A DNA stretch of 64,000 bases. It comes from a virus. A program made the translations under genes and the position numbers. The stretch covers positions 1 through 64,000 of the IMG/VR virus record IMGVR_UViG_3300046463_000520. One strand, 5' to 3'. Every line of letters starts with the position of its first letter. Positions within the stretch are counted from its first letter, which is position 1. Under the pieces are notes generated by a model. The model was not told the origin of the DNA. It made no database searches and saw nothing but the letters and a program-made list of their open reading frames with translations. Shown here one piece after another: positions 37,797 through 47,512 of this stretch.

Positions 37797-38195
37797 TTAG
37801 AGCGGGGACGGCGAAAGGTCCGTCTCCCGATATTCTGCCGCCTGAAATACGACATTCACCACGGCGTTATTCTGCGCGTCGTAATAACCGAAGTACGCGA
37901 GATAACCCTCCTTCGTGCGCACCTTGTCGCCGTTCTCGAAGCGGCGCGCAACCGGCTCGACGCCATCGGGCGCGGGCGCTTCCTCGCTCGGCTTGAACTG
38001 CCCGCCGAACTGCGCGAACTTGGTGGCGAAGTGCGCCTGCTCGACCTTCTGAAGCAGGCGTTCCAGCTTGTATTCGAGCGCGGCGAAATCCGTCGCGCCG
38101 TCGCACGCCGCCTGTAGTTCGCGCTCGATGGTGTCGAAATGTTGCTGCATGTCAGTTCGGTCCGTCGTCGTAGTCATCGGGATACATGCCGCCAC
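37797..38195 (-). CDS. Hypothetical protein (start uncertain)
   Basis: Helical N-terminus plus SH3-like FENGDKVRT segment. Confidence 0.55.
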   Translation of the reverse strand: MAACIPMTTTTDRTDMQQHFDTIERELQAACDGATDFAALEYKLERLLQKVEQAHFATKFAQFGGQFKPSEEAPAPDGVEPVARRFENGDKVRTKEGYLAYFGYYDAQNNAVVNVVFQAAEYRETDLSPSPL

Positions 38196-38496
38196 GCGCG
38201 GGCGTATTCTCGTCCGGCAGGTGCGACACGCTGTTATGCGCGCTGCGATGGTTCGTGTCGCCGCCGATTTCCGGCCATATCTCGCGCGCTTCTTCTTCCG
38301 AGTCGAAGCCGTCGATGTACTGTTTCATCGTCTGCCCGGCGAGCACGCTCGATTCCGGGTATTCGCCCCAACCGTACACGGCATAGTGGCGCTCGCCCTT
38401 GCACTCGATGGTGAAGCCGCCCGTATAGCGCGTCGCGGCTTGTGCGCGGTGACGGGCGGCGCGTTCGCGGGCTTCCAGCTTTTGCTGTTCGTTCAT
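38152..38496 (-). CDS. Hypothetical phage protein
   Basis: RBS GGAGA; YPESSVLAGQ..KQYID.F. Confidence 0.65.
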   Translation of the reverse strand: MNEQQKLEARERAARHRAQAATRYTGGFTIECKGERHYAVYGWGEYPESSVLAGQTMKQYIDGFDSEEEAREIWPEIGGDTNHRSAHNSVSHLPDENTPARGGMYPDDYDDGPN

Positions 38497-38669
38497 TTCG
38501 TCTCTCCCTTCGGCCAGTTTGCATTGGGCGCGAGCACGGTGCGGAATTTCGGCTCGAATGCTGCGCGCGGGGTTACGGTCACGGTACTTTTGGCGGAAGT
38601 CTTCGCTGCCGCGAGCATTGTCTTGTGGCGCTTCACAATCGAAAGCGATTCAGTCTTACGGGGCAATGC

Positions 38670-39050
38670 TTATCTCCAAGCTATGAGGGTGTCAGGGGCG
38701 AACAGACCAAGCCCGCGATGCAGGTCAAGCCCGACGTGCCGCTGCTCGTCGTTCCACTTCCCGGCCTTGTTCAACGCCCGCCGGTCAATCATCACGTCAT
38801 GCACGGCGACGAACGGTTCCATACCCATTTCGAGCGCGTCGAGCGCGATCAGGTGCGGCTCGCGCCCGGCGTCGATATGTGCGCCCGCTTCGGTGTCGCC
38901 GCCCACGCCCGCGCCGACGGCGTGATACTGCACGGCGCTCGTCAGGCGAATGTTCGGATACGTGGCGAGAACCTTCGCTCGGTCCGCTTCGCGCGCGGCG
39001 CGCACCTTCGCGGCGAGACTGCGCGCGGCATTGATCTGTTCGAAATTCAT
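38670..39050 (-). CDS. Hypothetical protein, paralog of 39060-39326
   Basis: Shared AREA.RA.VL..Y.N, AGR.P.L..L, DTL.AWR. Confidence 0.65.
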   Translation of the reverse strand: MNFEQINAARSLAAKVRAAREADRAKVLATYPNIRLTSAVQYHAVGAGVGGDTEAGAHIDAGREPHLIALDALEMGMEPFVAVHDVMIDRRALNKAGKWNDEQRHVGLDLHRGLGLFAPDTLIAWR

Positions 39051-39059
39051 GTCGGCTCC

Positions 39060-39326
39060 TTAGCGCCAAGCAACGAGGGTATCAGCGGCGAGTGTGTCGA
39101 TGGACTCGGGCAACGAATGGAACGGCCATACGCCTTCGCGAATCGATTCGAGCGACACGAGATACGGCGCGCGACCGGCGACCACGTAGGCGCGCACCGT
39201 CGGGCCGTTCTTACGCAGGTCGGCGACCGTCGTCAGGTGCAGATTGCCGTACACCGACAGGACTTCGGCGCGGCCTGCTTCGCGTGCGACTTCGACGTTC
39301 AGTTCGTTGTTCGTTTGCAGTTCCAT
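39060..39326 (-). CDS. Hypothetical protein, paralog of 38670-39050
   Basis: Same shared motifs. Confidence 0.65.
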   Translation of the reverse strand: MELQTNNELNVEVAREAGRAEVLSVYGNLHLTTVADLRKNGPTVRAYVVAGRAPYLVSLESIREGVWPFHSLPESIDTLAADTLVAWR

Positions 39327-39347
39327 GATTGACCCCGGATGGTTGAG

Positions 39348-39569
39348 TTATTTGCGTTTTGCGGCGTGCTGGTCGCGCCTGTCTTGCCATTCTTGAATCC
39401 AGCGTTCGAGCGTCAATTCGTTGAGCGTGTACACATACACGCTGTCGAAATCCCATTCGTCCGCTTCACCTTCGGCGAAGTAGAAATACCCTTCGCCTTT
39501 GATAAGCTGCGCGGAACCGCCCCGCGCCGCTATCTCTTTGTTGACCCGCTTGAGCGTCAGGCGCGTCAT
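39348..39569 (-). CDS. Hypothetical phage protein
   Basis: LIKGEGYFYF...SVYVYTLNELTLERW. Confidence 0.65.
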   Translation of the reverse strand: MTRLTLKRVNKEIAARGGSAQLIKGEGYFYFAEGEADEWDFDSVYVYTLNELTLERWIQEWQDRRDQHAAKRK

Positions 39570-39571
39570 GG

Positions 39572-40135
39572 TCAGAATCCGAAGCGTTCGGCGCAAATCG
39601 GGCCGATGTTGTTCGCGATGCTCACCGGGTCCGTCAACTCGCGACCGCAGCAAGAGCAACGGCCCGTTTCCTGACCGTAGGCTTCAGCGGCCTTCTTCGG
39701 GTCTGTGCAGACTTCGATAATCGCGGCCTTCTGTTCGTCCGTGCATTCGCGCGTCGCGATGAACTTGCCGTCGGCGATTTTGCCAAGGTACTCGCCTTCT
39801 TCGGTCACGTAGATTGCGCCTGCGTTACGACCGCCTTCCGGCGCGAGTTTGAACACGAAATCGCCAAGGTACATTTTCGGGCGCTTCAGGCCGCTCGCCA
39901 CGGCGCGCGAGAAGGCTTCAACGACGTGCGACACGCCCGACACATCCGCCGCCGCGACCGTGCGCGCCACGCGCTCCGCGTCGCGTGCAATCGCCTTCTG
40001 AACGCCCGCAAACATGTTCTCCGTGAGCACGCCCGACTTCAGAAGCATCCGGTCGCACGACAGGGCGAAATCGTTGCCCTTCGCCACGTTCGCGAGAATC
40101 CACTTGACTTCAGGTGCGTTCGAACGAAGTTTCAT
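39572..40135 (-). CDS. DUF6011-like Zn-finger domain protein
   Basis: YGQETGRCSCCGRELTDPVSI...IGPICA. Confidence 0.75.
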   Translation of the reverse strand: MKLRSNAPEVKWILANVAKGNDFALSCDRMLLKSGVLTENMFAGVQKAIARDAERVARTVAAADVSGVSHVVEAFSRAVASGLKRPKMYLGDFVFKLAPEGGRNAGAIYVTEEGEYLGKIADGKFIATRECTDEQKAAIIEVCTDPKKAAEAYGQETGRCSCCGRELTDPVSIANNIGPICAERFGF

Positions 40136-40171
40136 GTCGTGCTCCGTGGTGGTTCGTGTGTGTGAGCCTCA

Positions 40172-40200
40172 ATAGTATGCGCTCACGAATGAAACCGCAA
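40172..40200 (-). promoter_or_regulatory. Conserved early sigma70 promoter/operator
   Basis: TTGCGG-tttcattcgtgagcgca-TACTAT. Confidence 0.8.
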
Positions 40201-40220
40201 GCATTCGTTTGTGCGGTTGA

Positions 40221-40502
40221 TTACGCTCCCGGCAGCGTGGCCCGGATACCCCATGCGGCGGGCGTGTTGTCGCCGGTCGTCCAACCCTGTTCGGCCAAGT
40301 GGCGCGCGGTGAGCCGGTTCGCGTAGCAGGCGTACCAGAAGTACGACAGGCCGCACGTCGGGAAGTACAGAAGGACGAACAGAAGGACATGCTTCCAAAG
40401 GCCGCGAGCGATCAGCGGCAAACCGCCGAAAAAGAACATCGTCCACGAAAACCCGATTTTGACTTCGCGCGTAATGCTGTTCTTCTGAAAACGTACATTC
40501 AT
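40221..40502 (-). CDS. HrgC/DUF2628-like membrane protein
   Basis: VKIGFSWTMFFFG.LP..RG.W...YAN......L.EQGW. Confidence 0.65.
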   Translation of the reverse strand: MNVRFQKNSITREVKIGFSWTMFFFGGLPLIARGLWKHVLLFVLLYFPTCGLSYFWYACYANRLTARHLAEQGWTTGDNTPAAWGIRATLPGA

Positions 40503-40564
40503 GGTCAACCCCGTTAGGTAGTGGTGATACTGCTGATAGTGCCCGGCTCCCGCCGTGCGGATTC

Positions 40565-40801
40565 TTATTCCCAATCTTTCATCATTTGTTCGGCGTGCTC
40601 GATGGCATCCGCCCACGTCCGAATGACGGTGAGCGGCCATGTCGCCCGCTGAAAGTCGCCGCTCGTCTGCCCGTTGTAGCCTTGCGCGAAAAAGAACGTG
40701 CGCTTCTTCGAGTCGCGGATGATCTTTACCCAAAAGCGACGACCGCGAACGTAGTCCGTCGTCTGGTATCCCTGCGTGGTCCGTTCCGGTCGCTTCGCCA
40801 T
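40565..40801 (-). CDS. Hypothetical protein
   Basis: ORF in the early operon. Confidence 0.55.
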   Translation of the reverse strand: MAKRPERTTQGYQTTDYVRGRRFWVKIIRDSKKRTFFFAQGYNGQTSGDFQRATWPLTVIRTWADAIEHAEQMMKDWE

Positions 40802-40957
40802 GCTTCGCCCCTGCGCGCTGGTTAAAACAGGTTGAACCACTCCGCGACGAAGTACCCGATGCCCGCCGCGATGGAAACAGAAAGCCACGCCAAGCCGATC
40901 ATTTTGTTGCTCATTTTTGACTCCGGTAGTTGGCCCGGCTTGCGCCGGGCGGGTTCC

Positions 40958-41164
40958 TTACTGCTTTTTGATGAAATCGAGCACTTCGGCGAACGTCATG
41001 CGCTGACGCGACGCCAGAATTTGATCCGAGCCGGGATTGTGCTTCGTCACGTTGAACGAGTCACCGCGCAGGCGGCGCACGCAGAACACGAACGCGCCGT
41101 GCTTGACCGACGTTTCGTTGCCAGTGATTTCCTTCGCGTTCAGGGTTTCGAGCGTTTTGTACAT
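40958..41164 (-). CDS. Hypothetical early protein
   Basis: RBS AAGGAG; first gene after the 41199-41227 promoter. Confidence 0.65.
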   Translation of the reverse strand: MYKTLETLNAKEITGNETSVKHGAFVFCVRRLRGDSFNVTKHNPGSDQILASRQRMTFAEVLDFIKKQ

Positions 41165-41198
41165 CGCGTTTCTCCTTGGAAGTGATTCGTTACCGTGA

Positions 41199-41227
41199 AT
41201 AGTATGCGCTCACGAATGAAAGCGCAA
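41199..41227 (-). promoter_or_regulatory. Conserved early sigma70 promoter/operator
   Basis: TTGCGC-tttcattcgtgagcgca-TACTAT. Confidence 0.8.
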
Positions 41228-41239
41228 GCACGGATTGCA

Positions 41240-41282
41240 TAGGAAAACGCACGCCGCCGCACACAAGGCCGGGCCTGACAAT
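41240..41282 (+). promoter_or_regulatory. Late-promoter motif copy
   Basis: TAGGAAAACGC; GACAAT at 41277-41282. Confidence 0.75.
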
Positions 41283-41289
41283 CGAAGGC

Positions 41290-44007
41290 ATGGACTACTT
41301 CGCCTCCCTCTTTCGCGCCGCGCACGCGGGCGCTTACGGCATGAACGCGCTGCCGGAACCGACGCGCGCGCAGAAAGACGCGGGCGACTACGCGAAGGGC
41401 CGCATTGACTGGCGCGGCCTGACCATCGCCATCGAGAACCCGCGCGGCTCGCTGCGCCGCTGGCACGCCGACGACGGCACGAGCGGCGAGAACCTTCAAT
41501 TGGCGCACTACGGCTATTTCGAAGGCATCGACGGCGCGGACGGCGACGAAATGGATTGCTACGTCGGACCCTACCCGGAAGGCGACCGGGTTTTCGTCGT
41601 GAATCAGTTCGTGCGCGGCGCGTTTGACGAACACAAGGTCATGGTCGGATTCGTGGACGAGCGCACCGCGCGCGCCGCGTATCTCTCGAACTTCAAACCG
41701 GGCTGGCCCGGCCTGCAAAGCATCGTGGCCTGCACTGCCGGGCAATTTATCGAATGGGCGCGCAACGGCGATCACACTGCGCCGCTCACGCCGGAACAAC
41801 TCTCCAACGGGAAAGACATGGAAAAGGTACTTTGGGATAGCGCGGAACTGCCGCAACCGCGCGGCGCGAGCCTCGCGCAAGTGCTGTATGCGATTCGCGC
41901 GCACGACGGCGCGGACGGGCTGTGTTTCGACCCGCTGACCGCCGCCGACATTCTCGAAGACTCCGACGGCGTTTTGGCGATGGACGCGCTTGTCACGGTC
42001 TATCGCAAGCTCGAATTTCAAATGAACGTGCTGCGCAAGCTGCTCGACCGTGTGGGCGGCGCGCTCACCGTGTCGGCGCTTCAGATTACCGACCCGTTCA
42101 AGCGGTCCGGCACGACGAACGTCGCGGCGATTTTCGAATTGAGCGACGGTCAAACCGTGTCGATTTTCTTCCACAATCCCGACGTCACGCCGCAGAAAAT
42201 CATGCCGGGCGACGAACTCGTGTCGTGGAAATGGGTGCTCAACAAGAAAGACATTACGCTCGTCGTCGCACCGGAACGCGGTCGCGATCTGAACGTGCGC
42301 AATGTCGCCGCGCGCGTCATGCAACTGGCATCGAAGAATTCCGCCCGTTTCCAGACGGCGAACGGCAAGCGCGCCGCAACGATGGAAGCGATTGCCTCGC
42401 TGAAGACCGAATTCGAGACGAAGACCGAAACACTCAATGGCCTTCTGACCGAAATCACGGAACTGGAAGCGAAGGTCGCGGCCCTGCCGCCGAAGGTCGA
42501 GCCGGTCATCGAGCCTGTCATCGACCCCGCGCCTGTCGAGCCGGTTGAGCCGGTCGTGGAACCCGTTGTCGAGCCGGTCATCGAGCCGCTTCCGACCGCC
42601 GAAGACCCGGATACCTTCGACCCGACCACGGCGGACAACTACGCCAAAATCGCGGGCGACATGGCGAAGCTGGAGTTTTATCAGGACACGCTCGACGCGA
42701 TGTTCCAAAGCCGCGTCATCGACATTCGCAACGCCCTGCGCGAACTCGGATGGGAAGGCGAGAAGTATCAAGCGCTGTCGAAAAACGGCTACACGGCCTT
42801 CTTCAAGTTCGAGCGTGTCGGCGCGGGCGCGAACGTCATCGGCCTCGCCATCGGTCTGGAAGGCTTGCGCATGACCCCGATTCAAGACGACCTGACGCGC
42901 ACGCCGCTCGAACTCGCTGCCGCCGTCGATGCGCTCGCGCCCGCGCCGGTCGTGGAACCTGTTGTCGAGCCGGTCATCGAGCCGGTTGCGCCGCACAAGT
43001 CAACGCTGATTCTCGCCGCGCTCGTCGCTCAATTCGGCTGGCGCGAAACGGAAAGCCCGCTGTTTCTGCAAAAGGACGTCGGCGGCGGCGAGCAAGGCGA
43101 AACGAACCCGGAAGGCGCGCGGATTGTGAATGCGCGCTTTGATGACACGTCGCGCTACATCGAACTGCAATCGGGCTTTGCAACCGTGTTCGATATGGAC
43201 ACGCGCGACGGCGGCGATGCGCAAGCTGTTGCGGCGACGTTCAATGCGCGCGTCGCGGCATGGGCCGATAGCACGGCCATTGCGCCGACGCCGATCCCGG
43301 AACCGACCCCGGAACCGGTCGCGCCGCAAGTGCCGGACAACGTTCGCAAGCGCGTACAGATTGCGCTCGATACGCTGAAGGACATTCGCGAGTCGCTCGA
43401 CAACGCCGTGACGCTCGAAGCGAAGGTCGGCGAGTCGGGCCGCTATCAGGCGGATACGCTCAACAATCGCCGGGCGGAAATCGACCGCTCGCAGGCGACG
43501 CTGGCGACGTTCCGCGAGACGGCGGCAAAGCTCGGCATCGACGCCGATGCGTTCATTGCATCGCTTGGCGGTGAGCCGGACCTGACGCCTAGCGCGCAAG
43601 CCGCCGACTGGCTTGCGGGCGAAGCTGAACGCACGCGCATCGCCGCCGAAGCGGAAGCCGCACGCCTCGAAGCGGAACGTGTCGCCGCCGAACAAGCCGC
43701 GAACGAAGCCGCCGCGCGCATCGCCGAAGCGGAAGAAGCCGCCCGCCGCGAAGCCGAAGAAAAGACCGCGCGCGAAGCTGCCGAAGCGGAAGCTGCCGCC
43801 GCTGCGTCGCGCGTCGCCGACGAACTCGCCTTCGTTGCGCGCGCCGCTGCCGGGCAGGAAGACTTTATGGTTAAGGACGTGACCGACCGCCTCGCAGAAA
43901 TCGCGAAGACCGCTGAAGCCGGTACGGAACTCGCTGGCCTGCTCGCGCAAGCGAAGACCGCCGCGAAGAACGCATTCATTGCGGCATTCAAGGCGAAGGT
44001 GGGCTAA
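41290..44007 (+). CDS. darA: DarA-like internal head protein with N-terminal inorganic pyrophosphatase-like domain
   Basis: IENPRGS...YGYF...ADGDEMDCYVGP...FDEHKVMVGF; ELSDGQTVSIFFHNPD...WKW.LNKKDIT DarA-N motif. Confidence 0.8.
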   Translation: MDYFASLFRAAHAGAYGMNALPEPTRAQKDAGDYAKGRIDWRGLTIAIENPRGSLRRWHADDGTSGENLQLAHYGYFEGIDGADGDEMDCYVGPYPEGDRVFVVNQFVRGAFDEHKVMVGFVDERTARAAYLSNFKPGWPGLQSIVACTAGQFIEWARNGDHTAPLTPEQLSNGKDMEKVLWDSAELPQPRGASLAQVLYAIRAHDGADGLCFDPLTAADILEDSDGVLAMDALVTVYRKLEFQMNVLRKLLDRVGGALTVSALQITDPFKRSGTTNVAAIFELSDGQTVSIFFHNPDVTPQKIMPGDELVSWKWVLNKKDITLVVAPERGRDLNVRNVAARVMQLASKNSARFQTANGKRAATMEAIASLKTEFETKTETLNGLLTEITELEAKVAALPPKVEPVIEPVIDPAPVEPVEPVVEPVVEPVIEPLPTAEDPDTFDPTTADNYAKIAGDMAKLEFYQDTLDAMFQSRVIDIRNALRELGWEGEKYQALSKNGYTAFFKFERVGAGANVIGLAIGLEGLRMTPIQDDLTRTPLELAAAVDALAPAPVVEPVVEPVIEPVAPHKSTLILAALVAQFGWRETESPLFLQKDVGGGEQGETNPEGARIVNARFDDTSRYIELQSGFATVFDMDTRDGGDAQAVAATFNARVAAWADSTAIAPTPIPEPTPEPVAPQVPDNVRKRVQIALDTLKDIRESLDNAVTLEAKVGESGRYQADTLNNRRAEIDRSQATLATFRETAAKLGIDADAFIASLGGEPDLTPSAQAADWLAGEAERTRIAAEAEAARLEAERVAAEQAANEAAARIAEAEEAARREAEEKTAREAAEAEAAAAASRVADELAFVARAAAGQEDFMVKDVTDRLAEIAKTAEAGTELAGLLAQAKTAAKNAFIAAFKAKVG

Positions 44008-45887
44008 TGCAACTCGCCGACGATGTATTTGCGATCATCGGCGAAGGCGCGGCGCTTCTGGCCGCGCTGGACGAAAACTCCGAATCGTTCTTCGATAGCC
44101 TCACGCGCCTGCGTGAAATCCTCGCGATGCTTGGCGAAAGTGCGCCCGCCGCCGCGCCCGCTGCGCCCGCGCTGACCTTCTCGCTCGCGGACAAGGCCGG
44201 TTCCGCGAAGTCGCTCGCCGCCTACTTCGATGCCGGGTTCGATATGCCCGAAATCGAACAGGTATATGAGGCACAAACGGTCGCGGACTTGGCGCGACTC
44301 GCGGACGACGAAGCCCTGCGCATCAAGGCGCGCAATTGGGATGAAATCTCGCGCTCGAAGTACCGCGCCAACGACGACGGGACGAAGCAAGCCGCCTATG
44401 AACACCTGAAGGCGCGCGGCATTTCCGGCAAGCTCGATATCCCGGTCATGCGCTCGAAGGTGAGCGACGGCGAAAAGATTCTCGCCGAAAGCATCGCGCA
44501 GAACCCGGAATACCTCGCGGTCAAAGCGCAGATTCAGAAGGAATACGACGAGCGCGGCACGCGCCTGCGCGAACTCCTTCACATTGCTGACGGCAGGACT
44601 GGCGCGAGCGAAGCCGAAATGCAAGCCGCCGCCGCCGAATATCACGCGCTTCAGAAGGACGGTCTGGTTGACCGCATGAACAAGCTGAACACGGATACGT
44701 GGAACAAGGTCATCGCCGACCGCGCCGAACGCCACGCCGCCCTGTTCCGCGCCGACGGCGAACAGATTGTCTCGACGCTGCTCGATTCATCGAGCGTGAG
44801 CAACGAAAGCGCGCTCGCGTGGGCGAAATCGCAGGTCGTGGACGATGACGCCAAGGCGAAGCTCAAGCGGCAGAAATACCCGCTCGACAAGTTCTATCAG
44901 GACATGGCGGACTTCTACCGGCTGACGGGCGGCAAGGCTTCGGCAATCCGCTTTATGGCGGGCGGCAAGCGCGCGAACGCGGGCGGCATCGAAACCGTGA
45001 CCGGCGAGAAGTACATCAATCTCGACACGAGTTTCACGAAAGAAACGCTGTGGCATGAACTTGCGCACCATCTGGAAAACGACCCGCTCGCGAAAGCGGC
45101 GGCGAACGGGTTCCTGCTCAAGCGGCGCGAAAGCGACAAGGCGTATTCGCTGCGTTCGCTCACCGGCAGCAAGTTCTACGGTCCGACGGAAATCGCGTGG
45201 AAGGACTCTTTCACGAACCCTTACGTCGGGCGCATCTATCGGGACGGCGCGACCGAAGTCTTCTCGATGGGCCTGCAATACCTGTCGGACCCGGCGAAGG
45301 CCGCATGGTTTGCCGGGAAAGACCCGGAAATGTTCGACCTTGTAACGGGCTATGTCGGCAATCCGCTGTCGCCCGCCATGCGCGCGAAGCTCACCATGCA
45401 CTCAGGCGTCGTTGACGAGAAGGTGGGCGCGCAGCAAGCCGCCGCGAACGAGTACCCGACCGCGCTCGCTTGGTTCGCGAACCGCGCCGAACTCACCGCC
45501 GACGACTGGTTCGATACGCTCGACCGCGAAAGCGAGCTATACGACAAGCTGCGGCGGCTTTTCTCCTATGAAGCAAAGGGGCAGACGCTTACCTATGTCG
45601 GCGCGGCAAATCCGTACCGCGTCTTCACCGGCACGATGGCAAAGACCGGCAGCAAGCGACTCGTCAAAAATGGCTATCTGATTGTCGATATCACGGACGA
45701 CAGGCGCTTCTACAACCTGACGCACGCGCAAACGCACGCGGGACTTGAAACGGCCCGCGCCATCGTCGGACTCGCGCGCCTGACGAGCGAGACGCCATCG
45801 AAGGTCATCGCGCACTTCTTCACCGACTCGCGCAGTCAGACCGCAGAACAGAAAGTCGTTAGCTACTGGAAGGCACTCAACGAATGA
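44007..45887 (+). CDS. DdrB-like protein with zincin metallopeptidase domain
   Basis: LWHELAHHLE and downstream TEVFSMG; follows darA. Confidence 0.7.
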   Translation: MQLADDVFAIIGEGAALLAALDENSESFFDSLTRLREILAMLGESAPAAAPAAPALTFSLADKAGSAKSLAAYFDAGFDMPEIEQVYEAQTVADLARLADDEALRIKARNWDEISRSKYRANDDGTKQAAYEHLKARGISGKLDIPVMRSKVSDGEKILAESIAQNPEYLAVKAQIQKEYDERGTRLRELLHIADGRTGASEAEMQAAAAEYHALQKDGLVDRMNKLNTDTWNKVIADRAERHAALFRADGEQIVSTLLDSSSVSNESALAWAKSQVVDDDAKAKLKRQKYPLDKFYQDMADFYRLTGGKASAIRFMAGGKRANAGGIETVTGEKYINLDTSFTKETLWHELAHHLENDPLAKAAANGFLLKRRESDKAYSLRSLTGSKFYGPTEIAWKDSFTNPYVGRIYRDGATEVFSMGLQYLSDPAKAAWFAGKDPEMFDLVTGYVGNPLSPAMRAKLTMHSGVVDEKVGAQQAAANEYPTALAWFANRAELTADDWFDTLDRESELYDKLRRLFSYEAKGQTLTYVGAANPYRVFTGTMAKTGSKRLVKNGYLIVDITDDRRFYNLTHAQTHAGLETARAIVGLARLTSETPSKVIAHFFTDSRSQTAEQKVVSYWKALNE

Positions 45888-47407
45888 TTGCAACGACCTA
45901 CACCATCGGCACGCCTGCGGGCGTGTTTCAAGCCAATTGGGACGACGACGAAGATATCGCCGTCACCTATACCGGCGACGAAGCCGCCATCCGGTTTTTC
46001 CGGGCGTATCTCGACCTTGCCGCGCCGACCGCGCGCGGCGGCGCGCTCGTTCGTTTCGATGCGCTCGAACCGGAAGACTTGGGATTCATCGCAGTGGAAA
46101 ACGCGCCCGTCTTCGTGGTCGATCCGCTGGAACAATTGGAACCCGACGAAGACCCCGAAGACACTGAGGAACCCATGTCGCTACTGCTCGATTCCGCCGA
46201 CGCCGACACGTTCGCCCTGATTGGCGAAGGTGCTCAACTGCTCGCGGGCCTGAATGAAGACGCCGAATCGTTCTTCGATGACCTGTCGCGCCTGCGCGAA
46301 ATCATCGCGGCGCTTGGCGCGGACGCCGCGCCGGTCGCGCCCGCCGTGGACGTCGGCGGCAAGGTGTTCGCCAACGAGCCGCAGCATTACGCCGACAACG
46401 AAATGGGCACGCGCCGCTATCGCGTCATGGGCGGCAAGCTCACGCCGAACACGCCCGCCGCGCGCCGCTATCTCGAATATCCGGTCGTCGGCTCGAACGC
46501 TGACTATGTGGCGCAGAATGCCCGGCTCGAACGCAAGGGCGACACGTTCCAACTCACTTACGACCTAGACAGGCCGTTCCCGACGACCGTCGAAGTCGAA
46601 GGCGACCCGACGCCCGAATCGCTCGACTATCAAGCTGGTTTCAATGCGGGCATGTCCGCAGCAAAGCCGAAGCTCACGGACGCGCTGATTCGAAAGAACA
46701 CGGACCAATGGGTCGAAGGCTACCGCGCCGCCGTGCGCGACCTGAGCGAATTCCCCGAAATGGCCGCGCGCGACCGCGAAGAAATCCTGTCGTATCTCGC
46801 ATCGCTCGCGCATGTCATCGAGCCGGAACCCGTCATCGAACCCGCGCCGGTCGAGCCTGTCATTGAACCCGCGCCGCCCGCCCCTACCCCGGAACCTACC
46901 CCTGTGAAAGTGGCCTTCGCTGAATACCTGTTGCCGTCGCAACGGACCATCAAGACCCTGCGCGAAATCGACATTTACCGCGTGCTCGTCGCCGCGCCCG
47001 AAGAACACCGCGCCGCCTTCGCGCAGTGGATCATCGAAGCCCGCCCCGACTTGGCGGACGAAGTGCAGCATGTCATGCGCGCGGAATGGCCCGACGACGC
47101 GCCGGGCGACCCCGCCCTGCCGACGGAAGACCGCACCGCGACCGTCACTGACCCGCTGCCGGAAGACGGCGCAGCGGTCCCGCCTGCGCTTGGCGAAGTG
47201 ACCGAATCGACGCCGGAACGCGACGCGGATATGGCTTTCCTGCGCGCGGTGACGGCGGGCGAAATCGACATGTGGGAGAACGACCCCGCCGACCGCATCG
47301 AAGCGATTGTCGGCGCGTATGAGACGGACGAAGCGGTGCTCGCGCTCTCGCGCGAAGCCATCGACGCCTATACGAATTTCATGTCGAAAGCGCTGCAAAA
47401 CGCCTAA
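45884..47407 (+). CDS. Modular Dar-associated internal protein (possible second start at 46175)
   Basis: Shares modules with its neighbours; GAGGA RBS before ATG at 46175. Confidence 0.7.
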   Translation: MIATTYTIGTPAGVFQANWDDDEDIAVTYTGDEAAIRFFRAYLDLAAPTARGGALVRFDALEPEDLGFIAVENAPVFVVDPLEQLEPDEDPEDTEEPMSLLLDSADADTFALIGEGAQLLAGLNEDAESFFDDLSRLREIIAALGADAAPVAPAVDVGGKVFANEPQHYADNEMGTRRYRVMGGKLTPNTPAARRYLEYPVVGSNADYVAQNARLERKGDTFQLTYDLDRPFPTTVEVEGDPTPESLDYQAGFNAGMSAAKPKLTDALIRKNTDQWVEGYRAAVRDLSEFPEMAARDREEILSYLASLAHVIEPEPVIEPAPVEPVIEPAPPAPTPEPTPVKVAFAEYLLPSQRTIKTLREIDIYRVLVAAPEEHRAAFAQWIIEARPDLADEVQHVMRAEWPDDAPGDPALPTEDRTATVTDPLPEDGAAVPPALGEVTESTPERDADMAFLRAVTAGEIDMWENDPADRIEAIVGAYETDEAVLALSREAIDAYTNFMSKALQNA

Positions 47408-47436
47408 GCGGACGGGGCAAAAGGCCCCGCCAAGCA

Positions 47437-47479
47437 TAGGAAAACGCCGGGCGGATTGAGCAAAACCGCACTCGACAAT
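47437..47479 (+). promoter_or_regulatory. Late-promoter motif copy
   Basis: TAGGAAAACGC; GACAAT at 47474-47479. Confidence 0.75.
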
Positions 47480-47512
47480 CAGAGTGCGGCTAACTCAACC
47501 TCCCGGCGATAA

